From the IMG/VR virus record IMGVR_UViG_2563366937_000001: DNA of 4,823 nucleotides; one strand, 5' to 3'. How positions within the stretch are numbered: the stretch's first letter is position 1; every line of letters starts with the position of its first letter. The stretch is from a virus. Its lineage: Duplodnaviria; Heunggongvirae; Uroviricota; Caudoviricetes. The notes beneath the pieces were generated by a model. It was not told the origin of the DNA and made no database searches. It saw only the letters and a list, made by a program, of their open reading frames with translations. Position numbers and translations under genes: made by a program. Below are positions 1 to 4,823 of the stretch, piece after piece.

Positions 1-10
1 GAAGCGGGCG

Positions 11-29
11 GGCGAGGCGGGGAAAGCAC
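11..29. other. cos: P2-type cohesive end site (cos): 19-nt sequence GGCGAGGCGGGGAAAGCAC, which I recall as the P2/P4 5' cohesive end
   Basis: Exact string ggcgaggcggggaaagcac at 11-29, located ~170 bp from the 3' end of the portal gene, which is the arrangement I recall for the P2 left end. Identification is from memory of the P2 cos sequence, not from a search. Confidence 0.6.
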
Positions 30-172
30 TGCGCGCTGGCGGTGGTGCTGATTTTATTTTTTCAGCGTCTGAGCGCGTCGTGATGGCGTTTAGATTGTGT
101 GCTGGGGCGTTGGTGTGTCTGCGGGCTGTTTTGTGCGGTGGTGAGCGTGTGAGGGCGTGATGACGGGGGTGT

Positions 173-194
173 AAAAAAGCCGCCCGCAGGCGGC
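173..194 (-). terminator. Rho-independent terminator of the P-Q operon
   Basis: On the minus strand, 5 nt after the Q stop codon (200-202): stem GCCGCC (194-189), loop UGCG, stem GGCGGC (184-179), then six U (178-173). Perfect 6-bp GC stem plus U-tract. Confidence 0.75.
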
Positions 195-199
195 GATGT

Positions 200-1234
200 T
201 CAGCCGTTGTCAGTGTCCAGTGAGTAGTTTTTAAAGCGGATGACCTCCTGACCGAGCCAGTCGTTTATTTCCCGAATCCTGTCCTGTAACGGGATAAGCT
301 CATTGCGGACAAAGACCTTTGCCACTTTCTCAATATCGCCCAGTGACCCGACGTTCTCCGGCTTGCCGCCCATCAACTGAAAGGGGATGCGGTGCGCGTC
401 CAGCAGGTCTGCGGCGCTGGATTTTTTGATATTAAAAAAATCGTCCTTCGTCGCCACTTCACTGAGCGGGATAATTTTGATGCCGTCTGGCTTTCCCTGT
501 GGTGCATAGAGAAACAGATTATTAAAGTTATTGCGTCCTTTCGACTTGGCCATGTTTTCGCGAAGTGAGTCAATGTAATCGCGATCCTGCAATGCGTCGG
601 TGATATACATGATATATCCGGCATGAGCGCCGTTTTCGTAATACTTGCGGCGGAACAGCGTGGCCGACTCATTCAGCCAGGCAGAGTTAAGGGCGCTGAG
701 ATATTCCGGCAGGCCGTACAGCTCCTGATTAATATCCGGCTCCAGCAGGTGAAACACGGAGCCGGGCGCGAAAGGTGTCGGCTCGTTGAAGGACGGCACC
801 CACCAGTAAACATCCTCTTCCACACCACGGCGGGTATATTTTGCCGGTGAGGTTTCCAGTCTGATGACCTTACCGGTGGTGCTGTAACGCTTTTCCAGAA
901 ACGCATTACCGAACACCAGAAAATCCAGCACAAAGCGGCTGAAATCCTGCTGGGAAAGCCACGGGTGCGGGATAAACGTTGAAGCCAGAATATTACGTTT
1001 GACGTAAATCGGTGAGCTGTGATGCACGGCGGCACGCAGGCTTTTTGCCAGACCGGTAAAGCTGACCGGTGGCTCATACCATCTGCCGTTACTGATGCAC
1101 TCGACGTAATCCAGAATGTCACGGCGGTCGAGTACCGGCACCGGCTCACCAAAGGTGAATGCCTCCATTTTCGGGGCGCTGGCGGTCATTGTTTTCACCG
1201 CTGGCTGCGGTGTTTTCCCTTTTTTCTTACTCAT
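200..1234 (-). CDS. Q: Phage portal (capsid portal vertex) protein, P2 gpQ-like, 344 aa
   Basis: Complete ORF, ATG at 1234-1232 and TGA at 202-200. SD GGAG sits 8 nt upstream of the ATG. Length of 344 aa and the sequence (MSKKKGKTPQPAVKTMTASAPKMEAF...) match my recollection of P2 gpQ. Lies immediately downstream of the terminase large subunit gene, as in P2. Confidence 0.93.
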   Translation of the reverse strand: MSKKKGKTPQPAVKTMTASAPKMEAFTFGEPVPVLDRRDILDYVECISNGRWYEPPVSFTGLAKSLRAAVHHSSPIYVKRNILASTFIPHPWLSQQDFSRFVLDFLVFGNAFLEKRYSTTGKVIRLETSPAKYTRRGVEEDVYWWVPSFNEPTPFAPGSVFHLLEPDINQELYGLPEYLSALNSAWLNESATLFRRKYYENGAHAGYIMYITDALQDRDYIDSLRENMAKSKGRNNFNNLFLYAPQGKPDGIKIIPLSEVATKDDFFNIKKSSAADLLDAHRIPFQLMGGKPENVGSLGDIEKVAKVFVRNELIPLQDRIREINDWLGQEVIRFKNYSLDTDNG

Positions 1235-3006
1235 CAGTAAAACTCCAGAATGGTGGATGTCAGCGGGGTGCTGATACCGGCGGTGAGTGGCTCATTTAAC
1301 AGGGCGTGCATGGTTGCCCAGGCGAGGTCGGCGTGGCTGGCTTCCTCGCTGCGGCTGGCCTCATAGGTGGCGCTGCGTCCGCTGCTGGTCATGGTCTTGC
1401 GGATAGCCATAAACGAGCTGGTGATGTCGGTGGCGCTGACGTCATATTCCAGACAGCCACGGCGGATAACGTCTTTTGCCTTGAGCACCATTGCGGTTTT
1501 CATTTCCGGCGTGTAGCGGATGTCGCGCGCGGCGGGATAGAACGAGCGCACGAGCTGGAACACGCCGACACCGAGGCCGGTGGCATCAATACCGATGTAT
1601 TCGACGTTGTATTTTTCGGTGAGTTTGCGGATGGATTCCGCCTGAGTGGCAAAGTCCATGCCTTTCCACTGGTGACGCTCAAGTATTCTGAATTTGCCAC
1701 CGGCCACCACCGGCGGTGCCAGTACCACACATCCGGCGCTGTCGCCACGGTGTGACGGGTCGTAACCAATCCATACCGGGCGGGAGCCGAACGGATTGGC
1801 AGCAAACGGCGCATAGTCTTCCCATTCTTCCAGAGTGTCGACCATGCAGCGTTGCAGCTCCTCGAACGGGAACACCGACGCCTTGTCGTCAACAAATTCA
1901 CACATGAACAGGTTTTTAAAATCGTCGGCGCTGTTTTCACGTTTGAGCTGCTCAATGTCGAACAGCGTGCAGCCGCCTTTCAGCGCGTCCTCAATGGTGA
2001 CAATCTGCCGCCACTGACCGTCCGCACAGAGAAGCCCACCGGCAAGGGCGTTATGACTGACGTCGATTTCCACGCGTTCAGCGGCGCTGGCGCGTCCCCG
2101 GTTAAACAGCTCACCAGACCAGAACGGGTAGGCGTCGTGCGCCAGCGTGGACGGGGTGGAGAAATAGGTCGAGCGCAGGTGACTCTGTGAGGCCATACCT
2201 GATGCCACCTTACGCAGTACCTGAAAATTCGGGATCCAGAAAATCTCGTCGACGTACAGGTCGCCGTTATGGCTCTGCGCGGTGTTGGAGTTGGTGCCGA
2301 GAAAAATCAGTTTTGCGCCGTTATTGCCCAGGACAATCGGGTCACCGGTCAGGTCAACGTCAACCAGCCGGGCAAAGGCGATGATGTATTCGCGGAACAC
2401 ATACGCCTGCGTTTTACTGGCCGACAGAAAAATCTGGTTATGACCGGTTTTCAGGGCGCGCAGCAGCGCCTCGCGGGAAAAATAAAACGTCGCGCCAATC
2501 TGGCGGGATTTCAGGATATCGCGGATGCGGTGCTCAAGCCCGGCGCGATACCAGTGCAACTGATATTCGAAAGACTGCTCAAAGAAAATCTGCTCCAGCT
2601 TTTCGATGGCCTCGTCACTGAAAAAATTCTTTTTCGGTTTGCGGCGCCCGCCTTTGTTGCGGTTAGCGACGTTCGGATTAAGGTCTGCCTCGTTGCCGGT
2701 CTGACTGTAGCGGTTGACCCGTGCCAGTCGTTCAATCTGGCGTCCCAGCAGGTCAATTTCCTTGAAGTCACCGCCGGTTTTCTGCGGTTTGATGATGAGC
2801 TGGGTCAGCCGCGCTTCCAGACTCATTTCGACACGGCTGATGGGGGCAACGCTGTCCCAGCCGTCGCGCTGTTTCCAGCTCTGCACCGTCGGGCGTTTCA
2901 TCTGCAACATGGCGGCAATCTGCGGCACGGAAAACCCCTGCCAGTACAGCAGCGCCGCCTGACGACGCGGGTCGTGTAAAAGAGTGGTGTCTGTGGTGAT
3001 GGTCAT
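1234..3006 (-). CDS. P: Terminase large subunit (ATPase/endonuclease), P2 gpP-like, 590 aa
   Basis: ORF-track frame 1234..3036 begins at a TTG; the first ATG is at 3006-3004 and is preceded by SD GAGG (3015-3012 on the + strand) with a 5-nt spacer, giving MTITTDTTLLHDPRRQ... of 590 aa. Deviant Walker A KSRQIGAT (nt 2488-2511), lambda-gpA-like. Walker B-like DLYVDE (nt 2245-2262). C-terminal acidic motifs IGYDPSHRGDSAG and YIGIDATGLG are typical of terminase RNase-H-like nuclease domains. Stop TGA (1236-1234) overlaps the Q start. Confidence 0.93.
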   Translation of the reverse strand: MTITTDTTLLHDPRRQAALLYWQGFSVPQIAAMLQMKRPTVQSWKQRDGWDSVAPISRVEMSLEARLTQLIIKPQKTGGDFKEIDLLGRQIERLARVNRYSQTGNEADLNPNVANRNKGGRRKPKKNFFSDEAIEKLEQIFFEQSFEYQLHWYRAGLEHRIRDILKSRQIGATFYFSREALLRALKTGHNQIFLSASKTQAYVFREYIIAFARLVDVDLTGDPIVLGNNGAKLIFLGTNSNTAQSHNGDLYVDEIFWIPNFQVLRKVASGMASQSHLRSTYFSTPSTLAHDAYPFWSGELFNRGRASAAERVEIDVSHNALAGGLLCADGQWRQIVTIEDALKGGCTLFDIEQLKRENSADDFKNLFMCEFVDDKASVFPFEELQRCMVDTLEEWEDYAPFAANPFGSRPVWIGYDPSHRGDSAGCVVLAPPVVAGGKFRILERHQWKGMDFATQAESIRKLTEKYNVEYIGIDATGLGVGVFQLVRSFYPAARDIRYTPEMKTAMVLKAKDVIRRGCLEYDVSATDITSSFMAIRKTMTSSGRSATYEASRSEEASHADLAWATMHALLNEPLTAGISTPLTSTILEFY

Positions 3007-3179
3007 GAATACCTCGCCGTGATGAATACACGGCAAGGCTACTGAGTCGCGCCCCGCGATTCGCTAAGGTGCTGTTGTGTCAGTGATAAGCCATCCGGGA
3101 CTGATGGCGGAGGATGCGCATCGTCGGGAAACTGATGCCGACATGTGACTCCTCTAATCACTATTCAGGACTCCTGACA
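3007..3179. promoter_or_regulatory. Divergent intergenic region expected to carry activator-dependent late promoters for P-Q (leftward) and O-N (rightward)
   Basis: 173-bp non-coding gap between divergently oriented P and O starts. Rightward candidate -10 TCTAAT (3153-3158, 5/6 to TATAAT) has no acceptable -35 hexamer at 15-19 bp spacing, consistent with activator dependence. Exact promoter elements and activator sites could not be pinned down by eye. Confidence 0.5.
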
Positions 3180-4034
3180 ATGGCAAAAAAAGTCTCAAAA
3201 TTCTTTCGTATCGGCGTTGAGGGTGACACCTGTGACGGGCGTGTCATCAGTGCGCAGGATATTCAGGAAATGGCCGAAACCTTTGACCCGCGCGTCTATG
3301 GTTGCCGCATTAACCTGGAACATCTGCGCGGCATCCTGCCTGACGGCATTTTTAAGCGTTATGGCGATGTGGTCGAACTGAAGGCCGAAAAGATTGACGA
3401 TGATTCGGCGCTGAAAGGCAAATGGGCGCTGTTTGCGAAAATCACCCCGACCGATGACCTTATCGCGATGAACAAGGCCGCGCAGAAGGTCTACACCTCA
3501 ATGGAAATTCAGCCGAACTTTGCCAACACCGGCAAATGTTATCTGGTGGGGCTGGCCGTCACCGATGACCCGGCAAGCCTCGGTACGGAATACCTGGAAT
3601 TCTGCCGTACGGCAAAACACAACCCCCTGAACCGCTTCAAATTAAGCCCTGAAAACCTGATTTCAGTGGCAACGCCTGTTGAGCTGGAATTTGAAGACCT
3701 GCCTGAAACCGTGTTCACCGCCCTGACCGAAAAGGTGAAGTCCATTTTTGGCCGCAAACAGGCCAGCGATGATGCCCGTCTGAATGACGTGCATGAAGCG
3801 GTGACCGCTGTTGCTGAACATGTGCAGGAAAAACTGAGTGCCACTGAGCAGCGCCTCGCTGAGATGGAAACCGCCTTTTCTGCACTTAAGCAGGAGGTGA
3901 CTGACAGGGCGGATGAAACCAGCCAGGCATTCACCCGCCTGAAAAACAGTCTCGACCACACCGAAAGTCTGACCCAGCAGCGCCGCAGCAAGGCCACCGG
4001 TGGTGGCGGTGACGCCCTGATGACGAACTGCTGA
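3180..4034 (+). CDS. O: Capsid scaffolding protein with N-terminal serine protease domain, P2 gpO-like, 284 aa
   Basis: ORF-track frame 3114..4034; the start is assigned to ATG 3180 (MAKKVSKFFRIGVEGD...), which is preceded by AGGA (3167-3170) and gives the 284 aa I recall for P2 gpO. Residues D19 (3234-3236), H48 (3321-3323) and S107 (3498-3500) are present at the positions I recall as the gpO catalytic triad. The C-terminal region is rich in E/Q/A/L/T (coiled-coil-like) and has a Gly run (ATGGGGDA), as expected for a scaffold domain. Confidence 0.9.
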   Translation: MAKKVSKFFRIGVEGDTCDGRVISAQDIQEMAETFDPRVYGCRINLEHLRGILPDGIFKRYGDVVELKAEKIDDDSALKGKWALFAKITPTDDLIAMNKAAQKVYTSMEIQPNFANTGKCYLVGLAVTDDPASLGTEYLEFCRTAKHNPLNRFKLSPENLISVATPVELEFEDLPETVFTALTEKVKSIFGRKQASDDARLNDVHEAVTAVAEHVQEKLSATEQRLAEMETAFSALKQEVTDRADETSQAFTRLKNSLDHTESLTQQRRSKATGGGGDALMTNC

Positions 4035-4092
4035 CCGGCGTCAGTCAGTCCGGGAAAACCTTCACGATTAACCCTTAATTTCAGGAAAAACT

Positions 4093-4823
4093 ATGCGCCA
4101 GGAAACCCGCTTTAAATTTAATGCCTACCTGTCCCGTGTTGCCGAACTGAACGGCATCGACGCCGGTGATGTGTCGAAAAAATTCACCGTTGAACCGTCG
4201 GTCACCCAGACCCTGATGAACACCATGCAGGAGTCCTCTGACTTTCTGACCCGCATCAACATTGTGCCGGTCAGCGAAATGAAAGGGGAAAAAATTGGTA
4301 TCGGTGTCACCGGCTCCATCGCCAGCACCACCGACACCGCCGGTGGCACCGAGCGTCAGCCGAAGGACTTCTCGAAGCTGGCGTCCAACAAGTACGAATG
4401 CGACCAGATTAACTTCGATTTTTATATCCGCTACAAAACGCTTGACCTGTGGGCGCGTTATCAGGATTTCCAGCTCCGTATCCGTAACGCCATTATCAAA
4501 CGCCAGTCCCTTGATTTCATCATGGCCGGTTTTAACGGCGTGAAGCGTGCCGAAACCTCTGACCGCAACAGTAATCCGATGTTGCAGGATGTGGCGGTCG
4601 GCTGGCTGCAGAAATACCGCAATGAAGCCCCGGCGCGCGTGATGAGCAAGGTCACTGACGAGGAAGGCCGCACCACCTCTGAGGTTATCCGCGTGGGTAA
4701 GGGCGGTGATTATGCCAGCCTTGATGCACTGGTGATGGATGCGACCAACAACCTGATTGAACCGTGGTATCAGGAAGACCCTGACCTTGTGGTGATTGTG
4801 GGGCGTCAGCTACTGGCGGACAA
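4093..4823 (+). CDS. N: Major capsid protein precursor, P2 gpN-like, 5'-partial (first 243 codons; continues past the window end)
   Basis: ATG at 4093 preceded by AGGA (4083-4086) with a 6-nt spacer. I translated by hand to the window end with no stop: MRQETRFKFNAYLSRVAELNGIDAGDVSKKF...VVIVGRQLLAD. Absent from the ORF track because no stop codon lies within the window. Sequence and the position after O match my recollection of P2 gpN. Confidence 0.9.
   Translation, partial: MRQETRFKFNAYLSRVAELNGIDAGDVSKKFTVEPSVTQTLMNTMQESSDFLTRINIVPVSEMKGEKIGIGVTGSIASTTDTAGGTERQPKDFSKLASNKYECDQINFDFYIRYKTLDLWARYQDFQLRIRNAIIKRQSLDFIMAGFNGVKRAETSDRNSNPMLQDVAVGWLQKYRNEAPARVMSKVTDEEGRTTSEVIRVGKGGDYASLDALVMDATNNLIEPWYQEDPDLVVIVGRQLLAD

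Noticed and set aside
83-160. 25-codon + strand ORF (MAFRLCAGALVCLRAVLCGGERVRA) in the cos-Q spacer
   Set aside because: No Shine-Dalgarno upstream, and the Cys/Leu/Gly composition simply reflects the G/T-skewed DNA. More plausibly non-coding packaging sequence.
373-1240. ORFs overlapping Q (373-672 -, 623-850 +, 673-1152 -, 1019-1240 +)
   Set aside because: Embedded in or antisense to the portal gene, with Cys/Arg/Trp-rich compositions characteristic of off-frame translation. No independent support.
2269-2979. 236-aa + strand ORF antisense to P, together with the other ORF-track entries inside P (1306-1755, 1500-1955, 1716-1907, 1835-2017, 1852-2190, 2187-2384, 2511-2771, 2714-2962, 2768-3031)
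   Set aside because: All lie entirely inside the confidently identified terminase gene, on the opposite strand or out of frame. They have Arg/Ala/Gly/Ser-rich low-complexity translations typical of spurious frames in GC-rich coding DNA, and no start context worth noting.
3007-3036. 10-codon N-terminal extension of P from TTG at 3036-3034
   Set aside because: The downstream ATG at 3006 has a well-spaced GAGG SD and yields the 590 aa expected for gpP. The TTG has no SD and lies inside a leader inverted repeat.
3114-3179. N-terminal extension of O from ATG 3114 (ORF-track start) or from in-frame ATG 3135
   Set aside because: ATG 3114 is directly abutted by GGAGG with zero spacer, which is incompatible with normal initiation. 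ATG 3180 has an AGGA at reasonable spacing and gives the 284 aa expected for gpO, and the candidate -10 at 3153-3158 would place the transcript start downstream of both upstream ATGs.
4035-4053. Possible hairpin (ccgg ... ccgg) in the O-N intergenic spacer as an attenuator
   Set aside because: Only a 4-bp stem with an 11-nt loop and no following U-tract, so too weak to call a terminator. O and N are most likely co-transcribed.
3539-4676. Antisense or out-of-frame ORFs within O and N (3539-3997 -, 3663-3959 -, 4125-4349 -, 4295-4543 +, 4461-4676 -)
   Set aside because: They overlap the scaffold and capsid genes, which have strong sequence and context support. Ser/Arg/Pro-rich translations are typical of non-coding frames.

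Overview
This window reads as the left end of a P2-like (Peduovirus) phage or prophage genome, starting about 10 nt before the cohesive-end site. In order it contains: a P2-type 19-nt cos sequence (11-29); a G/T-skewed non-coding packaging region (30-172); an intrinsic terminator for the minus-strand operon (173-194); the portal gene Q (200-1234, -); the terminase large subunit gene P (1234-3006, -), translationally coupled to Q by a TGATG overlap; a 173-bp divergent promoter region (3007-3179); the scaffold/protease gene O (3180-4034, +); and the 5' part of the major capsid gene N (4093 to the window end, +), which the ORF track misses because it has no stop inside the window. Protein identities rest on my recollection of phage P2 gpQ/gpP/gpO/gpN (length and sequence) plus motifs read directly from the sequence; no alignment could be run. 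I see no evidence of a novel or undescribed system here: this is the canonical head-morphogenesis and packaging module. The findings below are modest non-coding and motif-level observations. The other long ORFs in the track are antisense or out-of-frame overlaps inside these genes and are judged spurious.
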